Shown: piece by piece, positions 26,503-35,747 of the stretch
Layout of the letters: each line of letters begins with the position of its first letter
Numbering within the stretch: position 1 is the first letter of the stretch
DNA from: a virus
IMG/VR virus record: IMGVR_UViG_3300045988_142367
Strand: one strand, 5' to 3'
Length of the DNA stretch: 43,711 bases
Made by a program: the position numbers and the translations under genes
The notes under the pieces: model-generated
The model's database searches: none
What the model was told of the DNA's origin: nothing
The model's input: only the letters and a program-made list of their open reading frames with translations

Positions 26503-28299
26503 TCAGTCCTTGTTTTTCCCGACCGCACGAGGATCCGTCGCCGAGGACGGCAGCATCGTCTTGCCGCTGGCCACGCCTCTGAGTTGCTTGGTCATCACAA
26601 GATACTTGAATGAGTCTGATGGGTTGGTGGACTCCGTAGGCAGCTGCTCCACCGGTAACTTCTCGCTTTTCTTATCCTTGAACACAACCCCGTTCCTGAC
26701 CACAGTCCTTGCCTTTTCCAATGACAGCTTCAGATGCTTGGCCGCATACGCGTCGATGCGAATCACCGGCAACCGTGGATTACGCTCACTCATTATCTCC
26801 TGCATAAATGAATATTCCTCCGGCTGCCCGATGTTGCCCTGGTTGATGGACATAAGCTGCACCGTCCACCCTGTACGGCGGCCGGATTCATCATATTCAA
26901 TAGCCTTCTTTAACTTGCCGACCTGATCCTCACCCACGGACTTGTAGGAGTTGCCTGCACGGTCATAGTACAGCATCAGGGTCTTGCGCCTCACAGGTGC
27001 GAAGAAGGCGCGGAACTTCTCTCCAAGGTCAGGGACATATTCAGGCGCAAGAGTGTAGAGGAACTTCACAACACGTAGGCACGAGCGTCCCTTCTCGGTG
27101 TCATTCTGGGCAATGGACATCGAGCACATATTCCCGAAATCCACTCCTGCGATGAGCGGTTTGTCCAGATCGAGATATTTCAGCACCCTGCAATCCTCCT
27201 GATCAAGCAGTCCGAATCCATCGTAGGCTTCCTCATCCGTGCCATCATAATAGAAGTGGCGTTCACTCAAGGAGGTGTAGAAGCGGTCGCCTGATTCCAG
27301 GGACGGGCGCATAGAGAGGATGGCCGTGTTCAGATCAGGAAGCTTACCCGAGATGGCATCCCCGAACCACTGCTCTGTGAGGATGTCCACATTGATGTAG
27401 GATGATGCCAGCATGAAGAAAGTCCTGGCTTCCTTACGCATCCTAAGTTCAGTCCATCGGGCTTTCCACTGTTCGGCCACACGGCATTTGCTGCGATAGA
27501 CGTTCAGGTCATCGGCACTGTGGGTTTTCAACCACTTGTCCTTGGCGGCGGCAGCCTCGTGCAGGCATTCGTTATAGACCAGGCCGGCTTTCAGCACAAG
27601 CACGATGGCCGGGATGTCCATATTGTGGGCATATTTCAGGATCCAGTCATATTCCCCGATGTGCGTGGTGTCCGGCATATCGGTGGTGAAACTGAATCCT
27701 CGGTAGAAGACACTGTGACCATATTCCTGCCTGTAGCCACGGACTGCCTTCAGCAGGTTGGAGATCTTGTCTTCCCGGAAATATTTCACCTCATCCCCGA
27801 AGCAGAACACGTAGGAGGCTCCGGCAAGGGTGGCCGGGCGGTCAAGGGAACCGAACCGGATGTTGGTGCCGGTGTAGAAGATGATCGTGCGTTTGTAGGA
27901 GACCAGTTTGTTGAAAGGTTTCCAGAAATGTGGTTTGAGCCAGTCCGGGAGACCAGCCTTTTCCGCATCTGTAAAGGTGGGCGGCTCCTTCTCGATGACA
28001 TAGTGGACTCCTTCACGCAGGCCTTTGCGCTCCAGTCCCTCCAGAACGGAAGGGAGGATGTTGGCGTTCAGGTTCGTGAACGTGTCGGCCACCCAGACCA
28101 CGGGCGCGCCAGGCATGTCATAGATGACATCCAGCAGTCTTTCGGCCTGGATGTCGGTTGTCTTGGCTCCGCCACGCCCCACGACATTGAGGTTCTGACA
28201 GGCGCCGGCCAGCGACACGATCTGGGCGAAAGGGTTCTGGTACTGGACGGAGGCGGCTTGTGTGGATTCAGGTTTAACTCTCTTCCTTTGCATCCTCAA
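26503..28299 (-). CDS. terL: Terminase large subunit
   Basis: 598 aa; GRGGAKTTDIQAERLLDVIYDMPGAPVVWVADTFTNL (ATPase N-terminus), CFGDEVKYF, LIAGVDFGNMCSMSI (nuclease-type start). Confidence 0.85.
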   Translation of the reverse strand: MRMQRKRVKPESTQAASVQYQNPFAQIVSLAGACQNLNVVGRGGAKTTDIQAERLLDVIYDMPGAPVVWVADTFTNLNANILPSVLEGLERKGLREGVHYVIEKEPPTFTDAEKAGLPDWLKPHFWKPFNKLVSYKRTIIFYTGTNIRFGSLDRPATLAGASYVFCFGDEVKYFREDKISNLLKAVRGYRQEYGHSVFYRGFSFTTDMPDTTHIGEYDWILKYAHNMDIPAIVLVLKAGLVYNECLHEAAAAKDKWLKTHSADDLNVYRSKCRVAEQWKARWTELRMRKEARTFFMLASSYINVDILTEQWFGDAISGKLPDLNTAILSMRPSLESGDRFYTSLSERHFYYDGTDEEAYDGFGLLDQEDCRVLKYLDLDKPLIAGVDFGNMCSMSIAQNDTEKGRSCLRVVKFLYTLAPEYVPDLGEKFRAFFAPVRRKTLMLYYDRAGNSYKSVGEDQVGKLKKAIEYDESGRRTGWTVQLMSINQGNIGQPEEYSFMQEIMSERNPRLPVIRIDAYAAKHLKLSLEKARTVVRNGVVFKDKKSEKLPVEQLPTESTNPSDSFKYLVMTKQLRGVASGKTMLPSSATDPRAVGKNKD

Positions 28300-29197
28300 G
28301 GTATTTTACGATGTCGAGATCAACGATGCCTGCATCGGTCCTGAGCCGTCTCTTGACGGACTCCGGAGCGACCACGGTGTCAATCTGCCTTTCCAGCTCA
28401 TCACGGTTGGCTGCCGGAAGTCCGATGGATTCTGGCGTTGCGGAAAGCAGACGGAACATCGGCTGGTAGATTTCAGCCGGAAGCTTGGCCGGATCATCTT
28501 TGTCCAGCTGGAGGGCACGAGCCTTGTTGGCAAGGATGTCAGCGGCCACGGCATAGTCCTTCGATGTCTTGGCGGCGTCCCTCGCGGCGACATAGAGTGT
28601 GTCGAACTGATCCGCCATCTTGTTGCGCATCGCCTCTTTGGAGACCTTACGGTTGCAGAAGAAGAGCTCCACGGCTTCTGAATATATGTCCGCGGCACGC
28701 TGGTAGGGGATGCAGAAAGGGGCGCTGGTCAGGAACTTGATCGTCCTCCTTTTGCCATACTGGCCGTCCAATGAATATATCAGCGTCAGCAGGTCTATGT
28801 AGATCTGTTCCTTGTCGGAAAGGTTGCCCTTTGATCCGGAAGCAATATATTCCTGAATCTTCTCGAACGCGCCTTCTTTCTCGGCACCGCCGAACAGATC
28901 CAGCTTTGAGATGGTGAAACTTTTGTCCCGGACGATGTCGCGGAACTGCTCGACGGAGTCGGCGTCGCCACCCATAGCTCCACGCACAACGGCAAGTTCG
29001 ATCTTGGCCCTCTTCTCCAGCTGGCCGCGTTTGATGGCGTTGCTGATCCGCTGATCATCTATCGTGACGGGATCAGCCAAGATGACATCCAATTGCCTTT
29101 CTGTGATGTCAAGGAATCCGGCCAGTTCGGCATCAGTCCAGCCGATGGCCGCAAGGGATGAAAGATCATCGAGAAGTTCGGTAGTCAGTTCCTTCAT
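28274..29197 (-). CDS. terS: Putative terminase small subunit
   Basis: N-terminal HTH-like AAIGWTDAELAGFLDITERQLDVIL; overlaps the start of terL. Confidence 0.55.
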   Translation of the reverse strand: MKELTTELLDDLSSLAAIGWTDAELAGFLDITERQLDVILADPVTIDDQRISNAIKRGQLEKRAKIELAVVRGAMGGDADSVEQFRDIVRDKSFTISKLDLFGGAEKEGAFEKIQEYIASGSKGNLSDKEQIYIDLLTLIYSLDGQYGKRRTIKFLTSAPFCIPYQRAADIYSEAVELFFCNRKVSKEAMRNKMADQFDTLYVAARDAAKTSKDYAVAADILANKARALQLDKDDPAKLPAEIYQPMFRLLSATPESIGLPAANRDELERQIDTVVAPESVKRRLRTDAGIVDLDIVKYLEDAKEES

Positions 29198-29855
29198 ATT
29201 CTTTAATCATTCGGTTTATCTCATCGAGCGTCATCTTCAGGCGGGAAAGCCTTTCCTCTCTTGACACTTTCAGGTCAGGGCGGTCGCCTTTCTTGATTTC
29301 CCGCTCCGCGCGCCAGATGGAATCCTGGACATTGCGCCTTTTCCGGATTAGCTCGGTGATCGGCATTCGTCTCAGATTATCCAGTTTCTTTGTCAAGGCG
29401 AAAATCGGATGTTTGCCAAGAATCCGGTGATGCTCCTTGTAGTATTGAAATTCAGTGCGGGAAACTGAATTTTGATAAAAATTTCTTACCGTTTTTTCCG
29501 CGGCCTCGAAGCACTCTTCCGGAGTGGTGCATTTGAACAGATCCTCGTGGGCGTTGACATAGTTGTGCCACGATGTGATCATATCCGCGGCAAGGGCCTT
29601 CAGTTCGGTCGGGCAATCAGGTTCGGAGAGGAACGGCCAGTCTTCCCGGAACCGCCCGCCTTTCGTCAATGTCTGCGAGAACGGAACCTCTGTGGCGAAC
29701 GGAAGCAAAGCTTTCTTCAGGAGGTGTGAATATTCCTTCGGCGCTTTCCTGACAAGAGCGTCGAGCCACTTGTTGGGCGCGTATATGCTCAAGAGCCGAA
29801 GTCCTTCAGTGACCTCGGCTCCCGAACATATCCATCTGTCAATCTCGTTACTCAT
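29166..29855 (-). CDS. Hypothetical protein, head module
   Basis: 229 aa, overlapping ORF boundaries in the operon. Confidence 0.55.
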   Translation of the reverse strand: MSNEIDRWICSGAEVTEGLRLLSIYAPNKWLDALVRKAPKEYSHLLKKALLPFATEVPFSQTLTKGGRFREDWPFLSEPDCPTELKALAADMITSWHNYVNAHEDLFKCTTPEECFEAAEKTVRNFYQNSVSRTEFQYYKEHHRILGKHPIFALTKKLDNLRRMPITELIRKRRNVQDSIWRAEREIKKGDRPDLKVSREERLSRLKMTLDEINRMIKEYEGTDYRTSR

Positions 29856-30459
29856 TCAGCAGGTACTGGTCAATCAGATGTGTGATGGCCGCATAGCCTT
29901 GAGGAGTGGCGAACACGAACTTCTTGCGGACGAACGCCTCGATGACAAGATGTTCGCAAGGATTCGCGCGATAGACCGGAGTCACGATGTTGCCGAACCG
30001 GAATCCGGCCTCGATTGGTCTATGGAGATTCTTCTTGAAGTAGTCCTTCAGGAACTCCTCCGCTGTCTGGTTTTCCGCTGGAAGCGCGTCCACGAGTTTC
30101 TCCTTGGAGAACGGTTTCGGCAGCCTTTCGCTGAAAACCTTGTTGCCTTGAACGTCAAGGAACACAAGCGGTGTGGCCAGTTCTCCGATGGAAATCTTGG
30201 CGCAAGGAACGCAGTTGGCCGGCACGAGGATGAAATCATCGGAGATATTGTTGTCGGCGATGATTCCGGCAAGAATGTCACGGATGTCAGCGTCCGGTTC
30301 AACCGTGATGACAACAGGCTTGACACCTGTCATCTTCTCCCAGGCTTTGGACAACTGGCCGTCCGTGCCCTCGTAGGCACAGACAACCAGATTCGTTCCG
30401 CCGCTTACAGGGTTGCCCGCAACCTTGCCTTCGACGGCTTTTGTGTCGATCTTAGACAT
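29848..30459 (-). CDS. Hypothetical protein, head/tail module
   Basis: 203 aa, operon context. Confidence 0.5.
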   Translation of the reverse strand: MSKIDTKAVEGKVAGNPVSGGTNLVVCAYEGTDGQLSKAWEKMTGVKPVVITVEPDADIRDILAGIIADNNISDDFILVPANCVPCAKISIGELATPLVFLDVQGNKVFSERLPKPFSKEKLVDALPAENQTAEEFLKDYFKKNLHRPIEAGFRFGNIVTPVYRANPCEHLVIEAFVRKKFVFATPQGYAAITHLIDQYLLNE

Positions 30460-30462
30460 CCG

Positions 30463-31020
30463 CTAAGCTCCTCCGGTCGCGCTTGTGGCGTCCTCGGCGA
30501 TCTCCGGCATCTCTCCGGCATATTCACCGGCCAGGAACTTGTCAGGCAACGCCTGCTTCCAGGTAAGAGTCCTCTTGGTCGCCTCACCGTCCATCTTGGT
30601 CTCAAGAGACAACCTGAGCGGGTTGCAGACACGTCCCATAATCTGAGGACGGCCAGCAGTTGTTCCGTCGCACTCCTGCACGATGGCGATCACGCCACGG
30701 TTCTTGAAGATCTCGATGAAATTCTTGATGGCCACTGAGTTGCCCGGGTGGTCGAACACGATACCGGTCTTGATTCCCTCGGCGTCCGGATCTCCGGAAA
30801 GTTCCTCGGTGACCTGAATCGTGGAAGCCGTGGCATAGATGGAGATTGCCTTTGCGCCGGTCTTCAATGTGAGGTCTCCAGTTACAACGCAGTTACCAAC
30901 CTCTCTTGTCGGTTCGCTGGCGACATCCTCCACATCTACGAGGATGATCTGTGATTTTCTGGTGGCGGCGCAACCAGCGCCGTCACCAGGTCTTGGAATT
31001 GATGATTTAACGTAAGCCAT
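30463..31020 (-). CDS. Putative major tail/tube-type protein
   Basis: 185 aa, MAYVKSSIPRPGDGAGCAATRKSQIILVDVEDV..., directly downstream of the capsid gene; no other tube candidate is obvious. Confidence 0.4.
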   Translation of the reverse strand: MAYVKSSIPRPGDGAGCAATRKSQIILVDVEDVASEPTREVGNCVVTGDLTLKTGAKAISIYATASTIQVTEELSGDPDAEGIKTGIVFDHPGNSVAIKNFIEIFKNRGVIAIVQECDGTTAGRPQIMGRVCNPLRLSLETKMDGEATKRTLTWKQALPDKFLAGEYAGEMPEIAEDATSATGGA

Positions 31021-31040
31021 AATTCACGCTTGTTATTTGG

Positions 31041-32606
31041 TTATGCACCGCCTTGACCCTGATCCGGGTTGGTATCTGAACCCTGATCCGGGTTGGTATC
31101 TGAACCCTGATCCTTGGTGTTGTCAGCAGCCTTCTTTCCGTTCTCCCACTTGTCGGTGTCCGGAACATCGGAGACGATGCTCTCGACAGGAGTGTAGCCA
31201 TCAGGCACGGCGGCATACACGGCCTCGGCGATCTTGAAGCCCGTAGAGAGGGAGTACTCGCCGAACACCTTCACATCGTAGTTCTGCTCCTCGATCTTGA
31301 CGATGCAGTTCTCCGCCTTGGAGAGGTCAACCAGCTCCACGAAGTTCTCCTTTGGAGTCGCGAAGATGATAGGGGAGTTGTACATCGATTTCAGAGGTAC
31401 GAGGTGGAAGTTGGTGAAGCGGATGCTTCCGTCATTCTCCACGCCGGTGTACTTGCCGTTGACGGCGAAGTCCGCCCTCTTGTAGCGGGTGAGCAGCTGC
31501 TCGGAGCAGTGGATGGTCACGATGTGTGCGAACAGTCCGGAGATGCTGTCCACGAAGCCGTTGATGTAGGCGAGGAGCTCGGAGTCCGACATCGCCATCG
31601 GGTCGGCTGCTGCCTTGTAGTAGTTGATCTTGCAGTTCTCATCGGACTTGCCCTCCACAAGGATGGTCTCGAAACCGTCCATCGAGTTCTTGGCGGCCTT
31701 GCCCGCGTCACCGTCAGCGACAACGCCAGCATCGATGAACTTACCCTTTGCGATCATCGAGATGGTGATGTCATCCAGCACCTTAGGCAGGATGTGGTTC
31801 TCGATGATGTAGCGGGTGATAGGCATATCCGCCATGGTCTTGCCCTGCTCGTAGAGATAGAGCAGCCAGCTCTTGAGCACATCGGCCGGCTGGATCAGCA
31901 CGTTCAGCTTGTGACGGCGATAAGGAATCCTGATCGGAGTGAAATGGGGCGATCCCTTAGGAGTCCATTTCGGTGTGAACTGCTGGGAGACCTCTGACAT
32001 GATGGCCGCGCTTGCGATGTAGTCCGTGTTGGACTGGATGCGGGTCATATGCTTGGCGTCATCGAATCCGTTGTAGATCCTCTTGTTAAGGAGCTCTAAC
32101 TTCATCTTAGGAGGCATCGTCATCTTGAACTCGGCGTTGAGATCCGTGATGTCGATAGATGCGTCTTCCATCGCCGTGAAAGCGTAAGGATTGACGGAAT
32201 CAAGGGCTTCCTTCACGATCTTGTTGTGTGCCGCCGCCATATTGATGGCAAAGACCTTGGCCTCCTTGGACGCAGGAACTGCCGTGGCAGCCGGCTTAGG
32301 CTCCGGCTCGGAAGCCAATGAGACAACGTCATTCTGTAGTTTCTCGATCTGTGCTGTCAGCGCGGCTGTTGCTTCCGCCGTCTTGGCGGCTACAGCCGCG
32401 TCGAAAAGGGTCACGGCATCACCCTCCACATCGAGGTTGATGCTTTCCAGTTTGTCGAGAAAGTCCTGGCCGTAGTTCTCCAGAACCTTCTGCCGCTCCT
32501 GATCGGAAAGGGAAACCTTGCCGTCCTTGACGTCAAGCTCGCTCTTGCCGAAGAGACGGGCCACAAGTCGGCCCATCTTGGAATTGTTGAGAGTTTTCTT
32601 ATCCAT
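31041..32606 (-). CDS. Major capsid protein with N-terminal scaffold-like (delta) domain and C-terminal tandem repeat
   Basis: 521 aa; coiled-coil/Ala-rich N-terminus followed by the capsid-like body; adjacent to the S49 protease; tail DQGSDTNPDQGSDTNPDQGQGGA. Confidence 0.75.
   Translation of the reverse strand: MDKKTLNNSKMGRLVARLFGKSELDVKDGKVSLSDQERQKVLENYGQDFLDKLESINLDVEGDAVTLFDAAVAAKTAEATAALTAQIEKLQNDVVSLASEPEPKPAATAVPASKEAKVFAINMAAAHNKIVKEALDSVNPYAFTAMEDASIDITDLNAEFKMTMPPKMKLELLNKRIYNGFDDAKHMTRIQSNTDYIASAAIMSEVSQQFTPKWTPKGSPHFTPIRIPYRRHKLNVLIQPADVLKSWLLYLYEQGKTMADMPITRYIIENHILPKVLDDITISMIAKGKFIDAGVVADGDAGKAAKNSMDGFETILVEGKSDENCKINYYKAAADPMAMSDSELLAYINGFVDSISGLFAHIVTIHCSEQLLTRYKRADFAVNGKYTGVENDGSIRFTNFHLVPLKSMYNSPIIFATPKENFVELVDLSKAENCIVKIEEQNYDVKVFGEYSLSTGFKIAEAVYAAVPDGYTPVESIVSDVPDTDKWENGKKAADNTKDQGSDTNPDQGSDTNPDQGQGGA
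31052..31112. repeat. 24-bp tandem repeat (ctgatccgggttggtatctgaacc) at the capsid gene 3' end
   Basis: Two full units plus a partial unit, encoding SDTNPDQG repeats. Confidence 0.85.
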
Positions 32607-32621
32607 TATGAAAAAGATTGG

Positions 32622-33467
32622 TTAAATGCTTGCAAGTGCGAAGACCGCATCTATTGTCTCGTGGAGGGTCTTCCTGGCATCCGCCATGTTCAGGCGCAGC
32701 GCGTCGGCGGTGAGGAACATCTTTCCCGAGAGAACCCCGTCCTGATCCTTGTGGATGGTAGGCCTTCCGGCCACGACGGCATCCCTGAACTGATCCACCA
32801 GCGGCTTCAGCTCGGCCTTCGCCGCCTCGAACCTTCCGGAAAGAGCCTCCCTGTAGGCGAAGTTCTTGTCCGGAGACTCCTCGGCATAGATGACAATTGT
32901 CTTCTCTCCGGTGGTAGGATTGGCAGCCGTGCTGTCGATGAACACGGCCATGGCTCCGATGGAGCCGACCTCGGAAAGGTCGTTGTCCATGTAGATGGCG
33001 TCACATTGGGAGGCCACCCAGTAGGCGGCGGAGGCACAGCAGTCCACATGTGCGTAGACCGGCTTTCCGGCGGCCTTCGCGTGGCTGATCGCCTCGATCA
33101 TCGGAGGGATGGCAGACGAACTGCCGCCGGGAGAGTCTATGTCCAGGATTATGCCGATGACATTTTCGTCATCGGCCATCTCCCGGAGCCTTTTAGCTAT
33201 GAACGTTGTCCCGTAACTTTCGCAGGTGTCGTACTTGGTCATCGTGCCGTGAAGAGGGATGATGGCCACACGCTTGGCCTTTTCCGGCAGAGCACCGGAG
33301 TCGGAGACCGTGGTGACGCTTGCCGACTTCACCTCCATCTCAACCGGAGTCTTGCTGAGGAAAGCACGAGCGATAGGAAGCAGCTGCTCCGGATTGGAGA
33401 CCAGCCACTTTCCCTGAACGATGTCCCTTGCCAGTTGGAATGTGTCTGCTTTCATCTTGTTAATCAA
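32622..33467 (-). CDS. S49/SppA-like head maturation protease
   Basis: VIGIILDIDSPGGSSSAIPPMIEAISHAKAAGKPVYAHVDCCASAAYWVASQCDAIY: SPGG oxyanion region and catalytic Ser in CASAAYW. Confidence 0.9.
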   Translation of the reverse strand: MINKMKADTFQLARDIVQGKWLVSNPEQLLPIARAFLSKTPVEMEVKSASVTTVSDSGALPEKAKRVAIIPLHGTMTKYDTCESYGTTFIAKRLREMADDENVIGIILDIDSPGGSSSAIPPMIEAISHAKAAGKPVYAHVDCCASAAYWVASQCDAIYMDNDLSEVGSIGAMAVFIDSTAANPTTGEKTIVIYAEESPDKNFAYREALSGRFEAAKAELKPLVDQFRDAVVAGRPTIHKDQDGVLSGKMFLTADALRLNMADARKTLHETIDAVFALASI

Positions 33468-33513
33468 TGTTTACGCAAAGATACCAGCGAGACACCCGTA
33501 AGGAAAGGACACG

Positions 33514-33834
33514 CTAAAAGACAGGGAATTGATACGAGCTGGACAGCTTCATGGTGTTGGTTTCGTTGACCTCGAAGGCAAGAGGCAAGTCCTCGGTGCC
33601 GTAAGTCTCATCGTCCCCGTGGCAGAATCCTACCTTTAATATAAGGTTGTCCCTCATAATCTCCGAGGACTCCGAAAGCGTGGCGTTGATCTTGACGGTG
33701 GCCAGCCTCCCGGCATCCTCCGTCTTCTCCGACCGCTCGATGGTGGCGGTCCCTGGAACGAGCGCAAGTTTATGCCAGACTCCATCCTGTCTGTCAAGGC
33801 TCTGGGCCTGCAATGAGTCAATGATTCTGATCAT
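33514..33834 (-). CDS. Hypothetical protein
   Basis: 106 aa, operon context. Confidence 0.55.
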   Translation of the reverse strand: MIRIIDSLQAQSLDRQDGVWHKLALVPGTATIERSEKTEDAGRLATVKINATLSESSEIMRDNLILKVGFCHGDDETYGTEDLPLAFEVNETNTMKLSSSYQFPVF

Positions 33835-34369
33835 CTTTCAATCCGTTTATGTTTATACTGCTGTTGATGTAATCCACCTTGTTGATAAGTTTCTTCACCA
33901 GTTTGTCCAGCGTCTGTTGCGATTGCCTGTAGATCCTCTTGTGCAGCGCGTCGAAATAGTCGGTGCTGAACAATCCCCTCGACACGATGAACGCAGTGAC
34001 TATGTCCTTCTTCTGGACTCCGAGCTCGTAGCCGGCAAGGTAGTACTGCTTGAGCTCGATGTAAAAGAAGGCGTTGATCGCCATATTCAACGCCACCGTG
34101 CTGTACTTGTCATAATAAAGGAACTTATCCCTCATAGGAGCCGTGGCGATGTCGCTTGGCAACTCCAGATCCACGACCTTGTCGCCTTCCAGAGCCACCG
34201 GACCCTCCGCCACCTTGCAATGAGCCACGAGAAGCCTGCCTATGCTGTTTCGGGCATAGACTTTCAGAGGCCCGCCCGGACTGTCAGGCGGGAACAGGTA
34301 AGCCAGATAATCCGCCATCATCGGCGAATCCACTTTCAATTTGACATCGAGCATTTCACAGTTCATCAA
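33818..34369 (-). CDS. Hypothetical protein, first gene of the structural operon
   Basis: 183 aa, preceded by about 670 bp of non-coding sequence. Confidence 0.55.
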   Translation of the reverse strand: MMNCEMLDVKLKVDSPMMADYLAYLFPPDSPGGPLKVYARNSIGRLLVAHCKVAEGPVALEGDKVVDLELPSDIATAPMRDKFLYYDKYSTVALNMAINAFFYIELKQYYLAGYELGVQKKDIVTAFIVSRGLFSTDYFDALHKRIYRQSQQTLDKLVKKLINKVDYINSSININGLKDDQNH

Positions 34370-34400
34370 ATATTATAGCCACATTTTTCGCAAAAACAGC

Positions 34401-34621
34401 AACTACACCAACTACACTTGAAGCTATGTTTGATTTTCAATGAGTTAACCAAAAACGAGGTGTAGTTGACCCTCGAAAATGTGTAGTTAGTGTAGTTGGA
34501 GTCACCGCAAGTGTAGTTGAATGTAGTTGGAGTGTAGTTCTTCAACTACACCGCAACTACACCTTATTTCGTTAATATTCATTCATTTACTTCAAGTGTA
34601 GTTAGTGTAGTTAGTGTAGTT
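34401..34621. repeat. Cluster of 13 TGTAGTT/AACTACA motifs
   Basis: Forward copies start at 34461, 34482, 34491, 34512, 34522, 34533, 34597, 34606, 34615 (the last three with perfect 9-bp period AGTGTAGTT); inverted copies at 34401, 34411, 34544, 34555. Confidence 0.9.
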
Positions 34622-35036
34622 GGGGTTTTTCGTTTCCTCAGCAAAATAATTTTTCACTAATTTACGTAATTTATTGAAGAACTACAATAGATAACTCAAT
34701 ATAAACATTTGTTCTATTTAAAAGTATGTAAAAATAGTTATTTTACTTGTGCCAAATTTTGGCACAACCACTCCGATTTTCCTCATTTTCCCCATTTCCC
34801 CCGAAAATCATCCTCTTGGTGAAAATCGTAAGCAAATGCCGCTATTTCGCTTCCGCTTTTTGATTGGTTATTATAAAATCGCCGTTTCACACACTTGTTT
34901 CCAATAAAAATCGTAAGTAATTAATGAAATATCAGCGACTCTTCCTGTATGACACAAAAAAAAGGCGGCGTCCATACGGATGCCGCCGCGCCTGTCGGTG
35001 AATGAGATACTCGCCTTATCCTGAGTCAGGTTGCAA

Positions 35037-35441
35037 TCAGGCGAATTTGACAGACGATAGTTCTTGGCTGAAGTTCTTTATGCCCTCCTCGATTTTCTTC
35101 ACGGTCTTCGGGGAAGGATGCCTGTAGCCGCTGATGTAGTGGCTAAGAATGGTCTGGCTCACTCCGGTTACTTTCTCCAGTCCGGCAAGCGTTAGGATAA
35201 ACGCATATTGTTGGAGGAAAGAGGGAACGTCGTTGTAGAACTCAAAATCGACATCCGGACACTCTTTGCCCTCTTCCGCAAGCATCTGCTTTGCCTCCTC
35301 ATAAGAGTTGTAAAAGTCCTCTATGGCTTCTTTGGCTGTCTTGCCTTGACCGAGAAGTCCGAATGGAATCGCTTTGTTATACTCCATTGTTGCGTCGAAG
35401 GTTCCGTCCGAACCTCTCGCGATATAAACCTTTGCCTTCAT
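35037..35441 (-). CDS. hicB: HicB-like antitoxin/regulator with C-terminal HTH
   Basis: MKAKVYIARGSDGTFDATMEYNKAIPFGLLGQGKTAKEAIEDFYNSYEEA (HicB-type fold) + GLEKVTGVSQTILSHYISGYRHPSPKTVKKIEEGI (XRE HTH). Confidence 0.85.
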   Translation of the reverse strand: MKAKVYIARGSDGTFDATMEYNKAIPFGLLGQGKTAKEAIEDFYNSYEEAKQMLAEEGKECPDVDFEFYNDVPSFLQQYAFILTLAGLEKVTGVSQTILSHYISGYRHPSPKTVKKIEEGIKNFSQELSSVKFA

Positions 35442-35484
35442 ATCTGATTTTATTAATTAAATATTTGTTAAGCATTGGGGTGGG

Positions 35485-35677
35485 TTATAGTTCCACCCCC
35501 GATTGCTTGCTTATGTTCTCCAATGTCCGGTTCTTTCGCTTCTTGGCTGCTGTGTCGCGGTATCTGGAACTTTATTCCTGTTATCGGACTGAACCACCAG
35601 TCGTGGTTTTTACCGTGCGAGAGGAAAGAGCATCCGCCTTTCTTCAGCTTCCTTATGACTTCCGAGTATCTCTTTAC
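35485..35677 (-). pseudogene. hicA: Decayed hicA toxin gene (start codon lost, 1-bp frameshift)
   Basis: Frame 1: KRYSEVIRKLKKGGCSFLSHGKNHDWWFSPITGIKFQIPRHSSQEAKE; after one extra base at about 35530 the other frame gives RTLENISKQSGVEL*. The expected start is GTA (35677..35675) and no ATG/GTG/TTG exists before the upstream in-frame stop (35717..35719). Confidence 0.8.
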
Positions 35678-35699
35678 CGTTATTGTTTTGATTGCACTA

Positions 35700-35731
35700 C
35701 AAAGATAAGGAATTTCTTAACATTTACCAAA
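35700..35731 (-). promoter_or_regulatory. Bacteroidota-type promoter upstream of the hicA remnant/hicB
   Basis: Minus strand TTTG (35731..35728) - 20 nt - TATCTTTG (35707..35700), matching TTTG/TAnnTTTG. Confidence 0.7.
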
Positions 35732-35747
35732 TTTTTGGCGATTATTT

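Noticed and set aside
27520-28344. 274-aa plus-strand ORF
   Set aside because: Antisense to the terminase large subunit, so a shadow ORF.
34401-34621. CRISPR array
   Set aside because: The motif is only 7-9 bp, occurs in both orientations and with irregular spacing, and no cas gene is present.
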